Positions 1-10,628 of a DNA stretch of 64,000 bases are shown here, piece after piece. Positions within the stretch are counted from its first letter, which is position 1. Every line of letters begins with the position of its first letter. The position numbers were made by a program, and so were the translations under genes. The notes beneath the pieces are model-generated. The model had not been told where the DNA came from. It made no database searches and saw only the letters and a list, made by a program, of their open reading frames with translations. The stretch covers positions 45,248-109,247 of the forward strand of contig JAOSJX010000006.1 of assembly GCA_027493875.1 (NCBI GenBank), read 5' to 3'. The stretch comes from Deltaproteobacteria bacterium. GTDB lineage: Bacteria; Lernaellota; Lernaellaia; JACKCT01.

Positions 1-486
1 GCCGTGAACGTCGAGGTCCTGCCCGGTATGATCGCCGCAGCCCGCTCCTCCAAACCGGTGAAAATCGCGGCGTTTGTCGGCGGTCTGCTGGCGTTCTGGC
101 TGACCGTTTGGCTCGTGCGCCGGCGCCGGAAACTTTCCGCCGCGTCCGTTGTCGAACGGGCGGCGGAGGTTCGTCCGAACGCCGCGTGGGAGGCCTTGGA
201 GTCGGAAGCGCGCGAGCGCCCCGAGGGCTCGTTTTACGCGCGTCTGGAAGAGCTCGTCTGGTCCGACGTTTTTCGGCCGGACGCCGTTCCGCCCGGCACC
301 GCGGCGACGCGCCTCGCGGAGCTGGCGGCGCACGGGGCGAACCAACCGGCCGTTGACGCCGTCCGCCGCATTGTGGACGACTGCCAGAAGCGGCGCTACG
401 GCGGCGGCACGGTAAGCCAGGGCGATGCGATCGACGCGTTGCGGGCGGCGCGGGAGGCCGTTCGCGCGGTGCGCGGCGACGCTTGA
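1..486 (+). CDS. hypothetical membrane-anchored protein, probably 5'-truncated at the window edge (one TM helix, Arg cluster, Ala/Arg-rich soluble domain)
   Basis: ORF 4..486 is open to the first base of the window. It has a TM segment IAAFVGGLLAFWLTVWLV followed by RRRRK. It lies directly upstream of moxR, as unknown membrane proteins do in MoxR/Bat-type operons. Confidence 0.4.
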   Translation, partial: AVNVEVLPGMIAAARSSKPVKIAAFVGGLLAFWLTVWLVRRRRKLSAASVVERAAEVRPNAAWEALESEARERPEGSFYARLEELVWSDVFRPDAVPPGTAATRLAELAAHGANQPAVDAVRRIVDDCQKRRYGGGTVSQGDAIDALRAAREAVRAVRGDA

Positions 487-592
487 AAGAACGCGGCCCA
501 GCCGTTAAGGAATGATGCGCGGCGTGTCGAGAGGCGCGCCGGTTTCGTTGCCGTTCGTTGCCGGGACCGTTTCCCGGAAGGAGTGAAGGCTC

Positions 593-1654
593 ATGCAACT
601 GCCCCCGGAGATTCAGGCGCTGACGCGGGATGTGGAGAAGCACTCCATTTTCATCGACCGCCTTACCGCCGAAATCGGTAAGGTCATCGTCGGCCAGCGC
701 TACATGATCGAACGCATTCTTATCGGCCTGCTCACCGGCGAACACATTCTGCTGGAAGGCGTGCCGGGCCTGGCGAAAACGCTGGCCGTCAACACCTTCG
801 CGCACGCGGTGCAATGCAGCTTCGCGCGCATCCAGTTCACGCCCGATCTGTTGCCGGCGGACCTGGTCGGCACGATGATCTTCGATCAGAAAAGCGGCGA
901 GTTCACGCCGAAAAAAGGGCCGCTGTTCGCCAACCTTATCCTGGCGGACGAAATCAACCGCGCGCCGGCGAAGGTACAGTCCGCGCTGCTCGAATCGATG
1001 CAGGAGCATCAGATCACGCTCGGCGATACGACCTTCCCCCTCCCCGAACCGTTCCTCGTCTTCGCCACGCAAAACCCCATCGAGCAGCAGGGCACCTATC
1101 CGCTCCCCGAGGCGCAGGTCGACCGCTTCCTGTTCAAGCTCAAGATCGGGTATCCGACGCGCCAGGAAGAACGCGAGATCGTGACGCGTTACGGCGGCGG
1201 GCAAACGCCGCGCGTCGAACCGGTCTTTGCGCCCGACGAGCTACTCCAGGTGCGCGACGTCGTCCGGCGCATTTACGTCGACGAAAAAATCGTTTCCTAC
1301 ATTCTCGATATCGTGTTCGCCACGCGCGAGCCGAAATCGATGGGCCTGGACAACCTCGAACCGCTGATCCAACTCGGCGCCAGCCCCCGCGCCAGCCTCT
1401 ACCTCGCCGCCGCCGCGAAAGCCTACGCGTTTCTCAACCATCGCGGCTTTGTCACGGCGGACGACGTCCATACCATCGCGCCCGACGTCCTGCGCCACCG
1501 CGTGATCGGAACGTACGAAGCGGAAGCCGAAGGCATGTCGAGCGACGATATCGTCGCGCGCGTCCTCGAAAAAAGTCGTGAAACCGTAATTAAAGCAGGT
1601 GAGAGGTGCGAGGTGAGAGCGCGGGAAACGAGGAATTCATGGGTAATGCGATAG
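593..1654 (+). CDS. moxR: MoxR-family AAA+ ATPase
   Basis: Walker A GVPGLAKT, Walker B LILADEINRA, and conserved VFATQNP and VDRF motifs. The last ~25 aa appear to read through into the start of an inserted four-helix-bundle gene fragment. Confidence 0.9.
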   Translation: MQLPPEIQALTRDVEKHSIFIDRLTAEIGKVIVGQRYMIERILIGLLTGEHILLEGVPGLAKTLAVNTFAHAVQCSFARIQFTPDLLPADLVGTMIFDQKSGEFTPKKGPLFANLILADEINRAPAKVQSALLESMQEHQITLGDTTFPLPEPFLVFATQNPIEQQGTYPLPEAQVDRFLFKLKIGYPTRQEEREIVTRYGGGQTPRVEPVFAPDELLQVRDVVRRIYVDEKIVSYILDIVFATREPKSMGLDNLEPLIQLGASPRASLYLAAAAKAYAFLNHRGFVTADDVHTIAPDVLRHRVIGTYEAEAEGMSSDDIVARVLEKSRETVIKAGERCEVRARETRNSWVMR

Positions 1655-1934
1655 CCAGCTACCGAGATCTTGATGTTTGGAAGAAAGCCGTGGATTTGAC
1701 GGTATTTTGTTATGAAGTGACGAGGGCTTTCCAAAAAGCGAAATGTTTGGACTAACCAGCCAAATTCGGCGGTCGGCGGCAAGTGTTCCGGCAAACATTG
1801 CTGAAGGCCGCGGGCGCCAGCGTGTCAAAGAATTTATTCAATTTCTTCATATCGCAAAAGCGAGCCTTGGAGAATTCGAAACGGATACGACGATCGCGTA
1901 TCGCATCGATTATCTTTCCGAGCAAAATTTTTAA
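1639..1934 (+). pseudogene. four-helix-bundle protein (TIGR02436 / '23S rRNA intervening-sequence protein' family), frameshifted, overlapping the moxR stop
   Basis: The N-terminal half MGNAIASYRDLDVWKKAVDLTVFCYEVTRAF (ATG 1639) ends at TAA 1753. The family continues in the -1 frame as PKSEMFGLTSQIRRSAASVPANIAEGRGRQRVKEFIQFLHIAKASLGEFETDTTIAYRIDYL (ORF 1743..1934). The switch is at an ttcc/aaaaa run near 1728-1737. Confidence 0.6.
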
Positions 1935-2054
1935 TGAGTTGCTGAAGCGTTCGGACGAGATCGGCAGAATGCTTCGCGGGCTGATCAACTCTCTCTCCCG
2001 TTCAAAACGAACAGGGGCGACGGCTCGCACCTCAAACCTCACACCTCGAACCTC

Positions 2055-2939
2055 GTGATGCTTCCCCGCGAGCTCATACGCAAAATCCGCCGGATCGAAA
2101 TCCTGACGCGCCGCCACGTGGACGAGACGTTCGCGGGTCAGTATCACTCCGTGTTCAAGGGACGCGGCATGGAGTTCGCCGAGGTGCGGGAGTACCAGCG
2201 CGGCGACGACGTGCGCGCGATCGATTGGAACGTCACCGCGCGGATGGGGCGGCCCTTTCTCAAGCTCTTTGAAGAAGAGCGCGAGTTGACGGTGATGATC
2301 GTGGCGGACATTTCCGCGTCGATGGACACGGGCTCGCGGTCGGAGACCAAACGCGAAGCGATGGCCACGGTCGCGGCGATTCTCGCGGTCTCCGCCGTAC
2401 GCAACCAGGACAAGGTCGGGGCGGTGCTCTTCGGCGGAGACGTCCAAGGCTATGTGCCGCCGGGCAAGGGCCATCGTCACGCGATCCGCATCGTGCGCGA
2501 CGTGCTTTACGAAAAACCCGCGCGGCCCGGCACCAACCTGGAAGAGGCGCTCGGCTTTCTCGGCCGCGTGCAGAAAAAACGCGCGATCGTTTTTGTGTTG
2601 ACCGACCTGCTCGGCGCCGGCGATCCGGGCCGGGCGCTGCACGTCGCGTCCCGCCGGCACGATCTCGTGTTCGTGCACGTCGGCGACCCCCGCGAACGCG
2701 AACTCGCGGGCGACGGCCTCATGCCCGCGCGCGATGCCGAAACCGGCGAAATCGTCTGGCTCGACCTCTCGGATGCCGCGACGCGCCGGCGCTGGCAGGA
2801 GGCGGCCCGGGAGCGGGACGCGTTCTGGAAAAAGAAACTCTCGCGCCTCGGCCTCGACCGCGTGCGCATCGACGCGGGCGACGATCCCGTGCGTCCGCTG
2901 GTAAGGTTTTTCAAGGAACGCGCGCATCGTTTCCGATGA
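2055..2939 (+). CDS. DUF58 protein (MoxR-associated, vWA-like)
   Basis: Typical DUF58 N-terminus RRIEILTRRHVDETFAGQYHSVFKGRGMEFAEVREYQRGDDVRAIDWNVTAR; conserved partner directly downstream of moxR. Confidence 0.85.
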   Translation: MMLPRELIRKIRRIEILTRRHVDETFAGQYHSVFKGRGMEFAEVREYQRGDDVRAIDWNVTARMGRPFLKLFEEERELTVMIVADISASMDTGSRSETKREAMATVAAILAVSAVRNQDKVGAVLFGGDVQGYVPPGKGHRHAIRIVRDVLYEKPARPGTNLEEALGFLGRVQKKRAIVFVLTDLLGAGDPGRALHVASRRHDLVFVHVGDPRERELAGDGLMPARDAETGEIVWLDLSDAATRRRWQEAARERDAFWKKKLSRLGLDRVRIDAGDDPVRPLVRFFKERAHRFR

Positions 2940-3046
2940 CAGAAAGTGGCCGGTCGCCGGTGGCCCGTAGCCGCCGGCGGAGACCTGGAACCCAAAACCA
3001 AGAACCAAGAACCAAAAACCAGAAACCAGAAACCTGTGGCCTGAAA

Positions 3047-3974
3047 ATGAAAAACGCGATTCTCCCTATTCTGCTGGTCGTCAATCTGATCGTGGCCGCG
3101 CTGGTCGGCGCGCAGTTTTTCAAGGGCGGCGACGCCGGCTCGTTCGATCCGGACGAGGAAACGAAAATCGCCGCCGCGCTGGCCAACCGTGGGCTTTACG
3201 CCGCCGCCGAAGGACGCTTGCGCCGCGTATCCGACAACCCGAGCGTCTCGGACGACAAACGCGCCGGCGCGCTTTATCAAATCGGAACCTGGCACCTGGA
3301 ACGCGCGAAAGATCCGGAGCGCGCGCTCGCCGCATTTGTCGAGTTGCGGGAACGCTTCGACAAAACGGACCTCGCGCGGGAGGCGGCCAAAAAGAGCTGG
3401 CCTGCCTCGACCAACTCGGCCGCCCGCTCGACGCCAAGGGCGTTCTCGACGAAACCGCGCCGGTGGACGCGCAAAATCCGCCGCCCCGCGCGAGGGCGTG
3501 ATCCTCGCGAAGATCGGCGACCGCGAAATCACAAGCGGCGATCTCGACGCGGAAATCCGAACGCTGCCGCCGGAAGTGCAGTCGAAGATGACCGACAAAA
3601 CCGCCAGGCGCCAACTGCTGCAAAGCCTCGTCGCGCGCGAATTGCTCTTTGACTCCGCGCAATCCGCGGGGCTCGACAAAGATCCCGAGGTCTTGCGCGG
3701 TCTCGCCGACGCGAAGAAGGGCTTGATGGTGACCAAACTGATTGAGCAGCGGAGCGGCGACAAGGTGCGCGTCGATGATGTGGACATCAAGAACTACTAC
3801 GAGGCGCACAAAGACAAGCTCAAGGACAAGGACGGGAAGGTTCTTCCTTTCGAGAAAGTGAAGGACCAACTCGCCCGCTCGCTCGCGGCGGAAAAACAAA
3901 GCGCCGTCGTCCAGGAGATGATCAGCGAACTCGGCACGAGCCGCGGCGTGGAAATTTTCGACGATCGTTTGTGA
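3047..3974 (+). CDS. secreted/membrane-anchored TPR-like plus SurA_N-like (PpiD/SurA N-terminal chaperone domain) protein; two apparent homopolymer frameshifts
   Basis: Signal/TM MKNAILPILLVVNLIVAALVGA and a TPR-like region in frame 2 (to ~3400). Real sequence continues in frame 1 (ELACLDQLGRPLDAKGVLDETAPVDAQNPP) and then frame 0 (REGVILAKIGDREITSGDLDAEIRTLPPEVQ…VDIKNYYEAHKDKL, SurA_N-like). The junctions are at an a5 run ~3399-3403 and a c-run ~3480-3488. Confidence 0.6.
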
Positions 3975-3981
3975 GTTTCGC

Positions 3982-5532
3982 TTAGACGGCGGGCAGCGTC
4001 GCGATCCGCTGGCCTTCCAGCCAACGGCGCGCGGTGAGGATGGACGCCTCGCCTTTCAGAATCAGGCCGATTCCTTTTACAACGAATTTTGCCGTATTGA
4101 CGAGTTTCGCCGCGGCAATCACCGGTGAGGGATGCTTCGCGAGAAAGCGCGACCGCGTGAGCCATCGGATGAGCGGACGCGGCACGCCGCGCTTATTACA
4201 CAGCAGATAAAGAGCCAGGAAGAAATTTTCCTCGGGCGGGCGCGGATACGTGAAGTCGGCGTTGAACTGGTGCAGCACTTTCGCGTTGCGTCCTTCTACG
4301 TCGTCCGGCGTGATGAGCCCCGCTTCCAGGAGCTCCCGCGTGCGGTCCGTGCCAGGCCAGTGGCACAGCGAGTAAATCAGAAGATCGAAGGGCCGCGGAA
4401 AACGCAGCAACACGTTGAGAAGCTGCTCTTTGTCTTCGCGTTCCGCGCCGGGATCGTCGATGAGAATCTGGAACATGCCGTGCACGCCGAAGCGCTTGAG
4501 GTTCTTCGCGACCTCGAGAATGCGGTCGTCCCCGCCGGTGCGGTGATAGAGTTTCCGATTATGTTTCGACGCGCCCTGCACGCCGACGAAGATCTCGTCC
4601 ATCCCCGACTCGGCGAGTTTCCGGATCGTCGTTTCGTCCAGGCAGTTCGGATTCGACAGCACGTCGAACGGCAAACCGACGCGCCGCGGGTAGACGTCCG
4701 AAAATTCCTCCAGCCAATCCGGCGTGACCACGAAAAGCTCGTCGTCGAACCGGATGCGTTTGAGGTTCGGAAAATACGGCCGCGCGCGTTCGATCTCGCT
4801 CACGCAGCTTTCCACCGACCGGACGCGGTAAAACGTGCCGTTGCCTTCGTACACCCGGCGCATCGCGCTGATGCCGCAGAATCCGCAACGATACACGCAT
4901 CCGCGCGTCGCCATGATGCGAAACAGTTTTTCGCCGGCCAGCGGCTCGCCGGGCACGACCGTTTCGCCGCGTACCCAGAATTTGTTGGCCACCGAATGAA
5001 AATCCGGCGACGGAATCGTATCCAGATCCGGCGTCAACGGACGCAGCGGATTTTTCACCAGCTTGTCGCCGACGCGCATCCACACGTTTTGAATGGTTTC
5101 GACGTTGCCGTCGCTGGCGTGCGCCCGGGCGATATCCAGAATCGTTTTCTCCGACTCGCCGAGCGCGATGAAATCCGCCTTCTCCACGCAGTCTTCGGGC
5201 GCCATCGTGACGTGCGCGCCGCCCCACATGACGGGGATGCCGAGTTCCTTTTTGATCCGCTGCGTCAACTGCGTGGCGACGTTGAAGAGGGCGCCGATCC
5301 GCAGCGAAAGCCCGACCAGGCCGATCTCGCGTTCGCGCAAAAGATCGATCAGTGTGCGGATTTGCTCTTCCGTCGGCGGCTTGTAGGCGTGGTGCGTGAA
5401 ATATTGGAAGAAAATCTCGTCCACGTCGAAGCCGTTTTTGCGCAGCGACGACGACAAATAGCGAATGGAGTTGCTCTCCACGACGTATAACGCGACAAGC
5501 CCGATGCGTGGCATCCGATGAAAATAACCCAA
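3982..5532 (-). CDS. B12-binding domain / radical SAM domain protein
   Basis: N-terminal cobalamin-binding-like domain, then the radical SAM cysteine motif RGCVYRCGFCG (CxxxCxxC) and an elongated C-terminal region. Confidence 0.8.
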   Translation of the reverse strand: MGYFHRMPRIGLVALYVVESNSIRYLSSSLRKNGFDVDEIFFQYFTHHAYKPPTEEQIRTLIDLLREREIGLVGLSLRIGALFNVATQLTQRIKKELGIPVMWGGAHVTMAPEDCVEKADFIALGESEKTILDIARAHASDGNVETIQNVWMRVGDKLVKNPLRPLTPDLDTIPSPDFHSVANKFWVRGETVVPGEPLAGEKLFRIMATRGCVYRCGFCGISAMRRVYEGNGTFYRVRSVESCVSEIERARPYFPNLKRIRFDDELFVVTPDWLEEFSDVYPRRVGLPFDVLSNPNCLDETTIRKLAESGMDEIFVGVQGASKHNRKLYHRTGGDDRILEVAKNLKRFGVHGMFQILIDDPGAEREDKEQLLNVLLRFPRPFDLLIYSLCHWPGTDRTRELLEAGLITPDDVEGRNAKVLHQFNADFTYPRPPEENFFLALYLLCNKRGVPRPLIRWLTRSRFLAKHPSPVIAAAKLVNTAKFVVKGIGLILKGEASILTARRWLEGQRIATLPAV

Positions 5533-5647
5533 TCCTTCGCCGGAAAAAAGTTGCGGTTCTTACCTCCTCGCACGCGATATGGGGTGCTGGGGCGGCTTTG
5601 CGACGAAAACGCGGTCAAACGTCCGACGCTCTGAAGTCTTTCGGGCG

Positions 5648-6926
5648 TCAATCCGCGTCGGCTTGTGCCAATTTGACGGATGCTTTCTCCGGGAGCGGGA
5701 TCGCGGCGAGCTTCGGGCCCATTTCGTTCATGAGCGCTTCGAAGTCGGCGCGGTAGGCGTCGGGCAGGATCTTCGCGGGTTCGGAATACATTTTCAGGCC
5801 GAGGGGATTGATGTACTGCCCGTTGCGTTTGACGCGGTAGTCCAGGTGCGGGCCGGTCGAACGGCCGGTCGATCCCACGCGCCCGATCATCTGCCCCTGG
5901 CGCACGCGTTGCCCCGAACGAACCGCAATCCGCGACAGATGCATGTACAGCGTCTCGATACCGCCGCCGTGCCGGATCACGATGAGGGTTGCCCGCGGCG
6001 CCGCGGCGTCCCGCCGAGATCACCTTGCCGTCCGCCACCGCCCACACCGGCGTTCCGGTCGGCGCCCCGAAGTCCACGCCGTGATGCATCGCGCGGCGCT
6101 TCAAGATGGGATGGCGCCGCATGCCGAACCGGCTTGTGATGCGCATGGTGTCGAGCGGCGCGCGCATGAACGTGCGGCGAAGCTGCACGCCCTTCTCGTC
6201 GTAAAAGCCGTCGATGTCCTCGTCGCCCACCGAAAACCAGAAGCCGCGCCGTCGCCCGGTTTTCTCGCCGTCGTACTCCCCGGCGAGCAGCCGGCCGTAG
6301 CCGTGCGGCGTGCCGTCCGGCAACAGTTCGCGTTCGTAGATCAACCGGAACGAATCGTCGACGCGCGGATCGGTGTAAAAATCGATGTCCCACGCGAACA
6401 GCCCGGAAACGAGGCTCGCCAGGCCGTCGCCCTCGCCCGCGTCGAGGATCGCCTCGTACACGCTCGTCGCCACGCGCGCGCCCATGTCGCGGACCTCGGT
6501 CGTGGTCGGAATCTCTTCGCGGCGGGCCGCGAAACCGTCACCCTCGGGACGCACTTCGTAGTGCACGAGCCGGTCCACGTGGAAATCCAGACCGCCGAGC
6601 GCGCCGTCGTCCAGGTACGCCACCACCGTCTGCCCCGGACGCATTCTCCGAAAGGGAAACTCCACGTCGCGCAGCGCGTCCACGACCTCCATCGCGTCCT
6701 CGTCCGCCACGCCGGCCTGCGCCAACGCACCGGGCAATGTCTGACCGGACACAATATGCACTTCGACCGGCTCTCCCACCGGCGGGGGTCTCGACGATCG
6801 GCTCGGGCGCCGCGGCGGCGGGGATTCGTCCGGTATCGCCTTCTCCACAACGCACGACGGCGCCGCGGCGAGGAGAGCCGCGATGGTTAGAGCAAAAAGG
6901 AAGAACCGGCTCGCGTTTCGGCGCAT
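5648..6926 (-). CDS. M23 family (LytM-type) metallopeptidase with signal peptide; apparent frameshift near 5985
   Basis: N-terminal signal MRRNASRFFLFALTIAALLAAAPS. M23 motifs HHGVDFGAPTGTPVWAVADGKVISAG (ORF 5349..6926 frame) continue as LIVIRHGGGIETLYMHLSRI…GSTGRSTGPHLDYRVKRNGQYINP in ORF 5648..5980. The junction is at a c/g run. Confidence 0.8.
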
Positions 6927-7082
6927 GATGTTCCTTCCGTCATCGGCGGGACAACGGAAAACCTTCAGAAGCGCCGAGACTTATCTTAAGAAAGGAAAAA
7001 AAAGAAGACCGCGGGGCGGGGCTTCCCCGGCTTTTCCCCGCCCCGCGGTCTGTCTGGAGGGATGAAGCGGCAAAAAGCCGCG

Positions 7083-8306
7083 TCACGACAATCGATCCGT
7101 GAAGAACGCGAAAATGGCGTCGACCTCGCCGGCATAGCCGTACGGAACGTCCAGAACAGGCCGCGGAGACGTCGCGAAATCGTTGATCAGCGGATAGAAG
7201 GGATACAGCGCCGGCGTGGTCTCGTCGATCAGCAGACCATCGAGCCCGATATTGAAGTAGATTCCTTCGCAATCGCTGACATAGGCGCGAAACGCCGGTT
7301 CGAGGCGTATCGTCAGATTGCTCGCCACGCTGCCGCCGGAATGGCCGATGAGCCCGATCCGGTCGTTGTCGACGTTCTCCCGGTATTGAAGGTACCGGAG
7401 ACCGAGAAGCGTCTCGTAGTGGCGAATCGCCATCATCGAGAAGCCCGAACGCAGCATGATCCGCGTCACCAGGTCCTCGTTCTCGTCGGCGCCGAACACT
7501 CGGACCGCCAGAATCAAAATCGCCAGACCACGCTGGGGAAAATCCGCCCCGCCATTGAAATCCCGATAGGATTCCGGGGTGTCCCAGTGGCCGTGAAGGG
7601 CGATCACCGCGGGATGGGGTCCGTCGCCGAGCGGCGTCAGCAGCAACCCCTTGAACGTTCCCACGTAAGGGTCCGTAAAGAGCAGTTCCCGTTCCCGATA
7701 GGTCTCCGTTTCGATCGCGTAAGTCTGCGTGACGGTCAGCGGACGCTTGTTGATGCCGTCGCGAAGGAATCCCACGTTCATCGCGTCCGTCAGAAGCCCG
7801 GCCAGGGCCTCGGGCGCGATCGCCTTCGTGCGCGTCGGGACGTCGCCTTTCAGGATTTCGTTGATCTGCCGTTCCAAGGCGGCTTCCGAAATCGGATGCG
7901 CGAAGGGTTCGGCGAGCGACGGAAACGCCAGATAGTCCTCCATGCACGAATGCTGGCGCCCTTCGCATTTCCAAACCGCCCCGGGATCGTCGATTTCGGT
8001 TACGCAATATTCGTTCTCGCAATCAGTTCCGATAACGCCGTCGTCGTCATCATCGTCCGGCGCCGACGCGTCACCGTCGGCCGTTTCGCTCGGAAGCGCC
8101 GGCATCGGGCCGCCGCTTCCGGATGATGGGTCGTCGTCCTCCGATCCTTCATCATCGTCATCGTCATCGCCGCCGCCCTCGTCGCGCCGGGCGTTGTCGA
8201 TGGTTTGTTCGTTCGAGCCGTCACAACCAGCCGCCGTCACCGTCACCATCGCCGAAAGAGCCACCATGCAGAAAAAACCAAGACAATCGAAATGTTTACG
8301 CTTCAC
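7083..8306 (-). CDS. alpha/beta-hydrolase fold lipoprotein (dienelactone-hydrolase / esterase-like) with N-terminal poly-Asp linker
   Basis: Lipoprotein signal …VTVTAAGC, acidic linker GGGDDDDDDEGSEDDDPSS…DDDDDDG, HGHWDTPE and a GHSGGS nucleophile elbow. Confidence 0.7.
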   Translation of the reverse strand: MKRKHFDCLGFFCMVALSAMVTVTAAGCDGSNEQTIDNARRDEGGGDDDDDDEGSEDDDPSSGSGGPMPALPSETADGDASAPDDDDDDGVIGTDCENEYCVTEIDDPGAVWKCEGRQHSCMEDYLAFPSLAEPFAHPISEAALERQINEILKGDVPTRTKAIAPEALAGLLTDAMNVGFLRDGINKRPLTVTQTYAIETETYRERELLFTDPYVGTFKGLLLTPLGDGPHPAVIALHGHWDTPESYRDFNGGADFPQRGLAILILAVRVFGADENEDLVTRIMLRSGFSMMAIRHYETLLGLRYLQYRENVDNDRIGLIGHSGGSVASNLTIRLEPAFRAYVSDCEGIYFNIGLDGLLIDETTPALYPFYPLINDFATSPRPVLDVPYGYAGEVDAIFAFFTDRLS

Positions 8307-8518
8307 CTTCCAAACAGCCGAGCCTTGCCGGCCGCCTCCTTCTGATTTATAGCCTAATCGTACTACATGCCCTCACATTTGTAAATAAAATTCCTACAAC
8401 AAGTAAGGGAATTCTTGTAGCTAAAATAACCAAAAATACCAAATTTTTGAAAAACCGATGATCGTTATCGCAAAAATCGACGTATTTCGGTTCGCAAGGC
8501 GGTGCTGGGGAAACTGAG

Positions 8519-10595
8519 CTATTCGGTCAGAAATTCAACGAGACCGAGGCGGAACAACGCGTAAATCAGGCCGAGGCAGCGGGCCTCGTCCATGGAACTC
8601 GCCGTCACGATTTCCTGAAGCGTTTTACGGCCGTTGAGTTGGCCGATGACGCGTGTCTCCTCGGGGTCCACGAGATTGCGCCGGGCCCGGTCCCGCATGG
8701 TGGCCGGCATGGTCACCAACGTGTTTCGATACGGCGCCAGTTCGTCCGCGACATGTTGAGGGTTGATCCGGGCACGCAGCGCCGACAGCAGGACGCGCAC
8801 GAGGTCCACGTTGAGCGGGATCGCCTGGCCCTGCCCGATCTTCTGCTCCTCGAATCGGACGTCCTGGCGCCCGGCCGAGGGCGGGGTTGTCAGCGACATG
8901 AGCCGGCTCTCGGCCTGCGCCATGAGCGCCTCCCCACAATTCGTGCGGCGTGACGAGGCCGCGGGCGAGCAGCACCTCACCGAGCGGACGGCCGGCGCTT
9001 TGCGCTTCGGTCAGGGCCGCATCCCGCGTTTCCTCGTCGAGTTGGCCGCGCTCCACGAGAAATTGCCCGAGCGAGTCGCGCGCCACCTTGTCGGTCGTGA
9101 TCTGCACGGGCTGCCCTTCTTTGAGGACGACGCGGTGCGTGGCGTCGGAAGTCTTCACCGTCACCACGCCGTCGGCGCGGATCGAGTTCAGGCGGTACAG
9201 TACGCGCAGCAGATCGCCGCCCTCCTCGTCCTCGCCGTCGCCGGACACCGCGCCGCGCAACACCGCGTCGGGGGTGCCCTCGCCGCGCTGACGCGCTTCG
9301 GCCAGCGCGCGCACCATCACGGGCTCCTCGAGTTGAAAGAACGACACGTCGCGGTCGCGGAACCGCACCAGCCCGAACAGAAAAAACAGATAGAGCACCT
9401 GAAACGTCCGCACGAACGACAGCGGGGCGCGGCTCATCACGTCGCCGAGCGTCCGTTCGCCATCCACGAGATCCAAAATCTCCCACTCGCCGCGCGTGAG
9501 CTGAAGCCCGGCGCGCCGCGCCTGGCGCACGTCGCCTTTGCGAATCGGGCGATGGCGGTTGGCGTAAATGCGCCCCTCGAGAATCGCGAGGGTGCAATAG
9601 TTCTTTACGCCCGCCAGGAGGATCTGAAGAATGCTTTCCTCGATGCGTCCCGAGTCGCCGAGCGGGACGTCGCCGGGCGAGAACCGGTAGTTGCCCTCGC
9701 GGTGCTCGAACGCACTCAGCAGCTTTCGCTGCGCCTGATAGTGAAGCGTGGAAAACAATTCGTAGCTGTCGAGCCAACCGTGCTCGACGAGTACTTCGCC
9801 CAGCCGCCGACCCGAGTCCACCGCTTCCGCCTGCGCTTCGTTCAGTTGCTGCGGCGTGATGCGTTCCTGCTCGACGAGAATCCGCCCCAGGGAATGGTTC
9901 GCGATGAAGTTGGTGTCGATCTCCTGCGGGATGCCGTTTTGAAACATGATTCGACGCTCTTCCTCGCGGCTCCACATCGACAGCACGCCCGTGGCGCGCC
10001 GTTGATAAAGCGATAGCATCAATTCCGGAAAAAGAATGTTTTCGAGCGTTCCCTCGACAGGCACCTCGGGAACCGGCGCGCTCAGTTCCTCTTCGTCGGT
10101 CATATCCCAGTCCGCCGGGCTGACGACCGTCGTCGCGGCGTGGGACGGCTCGTCGAACTCCTCATCGATCCGCGGTTCGTCCGGTTCGGGAGGCGGCGGC
10201 GTTTCGGTGATCGGCGGGGCTTTCCGGCCCGCGGAAACGGACAGCACAAACTCCGGTAATTTTTTGAAATCGAGCGGCAGGGCGAGGTATTCGTCGGCGA
10301 GAAAACGGCGCTTGACGTCCGCGGCGAAGGTCTCGCGGCGTTGGATCGCGCTGACCACGACCACCTTACACGATTGCGTTCCCGGCGCCTGCTTGATCTT
10401 CTTGCAGAGCTCGAGGCCGTTGCGGTCCGGCAACAGCGCGGCCAGAAGAATCACCTGCGGCAGGCGCATTTTTGCCGTCGAATCCTCGAGCGCAATCGTC
10501 AGATCGTGCCCGCGCTTGAACGTCTGCACCTCGAACCCCTCGGAAGCGAGCCGCCCGCGCACCATGTCCAGAAATCCCGCGTCGTGATCCGCCAC
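8519..10595 (-). CDS. multidomain signalling protein: degenerate receiver (REC) – PATAN/DUF4388 – MshEN/T2SSE_N-like (c-di-GMP-binding type) motifs x2 – second PATAN-like domain; one apparent frameshift
   Basis: REC-like VILLAALLPDRNGLELCKKIK with Ala at the phospho-acceptor position. DUF4388-like ILFPELMLSLYQRRATGVLSM. MshEN-like motifs RRLGEVLVEHGWLDSYELFSTLHYQ and RPLGEVLLARGLVTPHELW. The C-terminal DUF4388-type segment continues in ORF 8519..8980 after a g/c4 run at ~8932-8935. Confidence 0.65.
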
Positions 10596-10628
10596 GAAAA
10601 CGATTGTGCCCCCGGCCTTGTTCCTTGC

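Noticed and set aside
5579-6890. Plus-strand ORFs 5579..6139 and 5943..6890
   Set aside because: Antisense to the M23 peptidase gene.
6940-8126. ORFs 6940..8022 (-) and 7062..8126 (+)
   Set aside because: Alternate-frame and antisense to the alpha/beta-hydrolase gene; Arg-rich junk composition.
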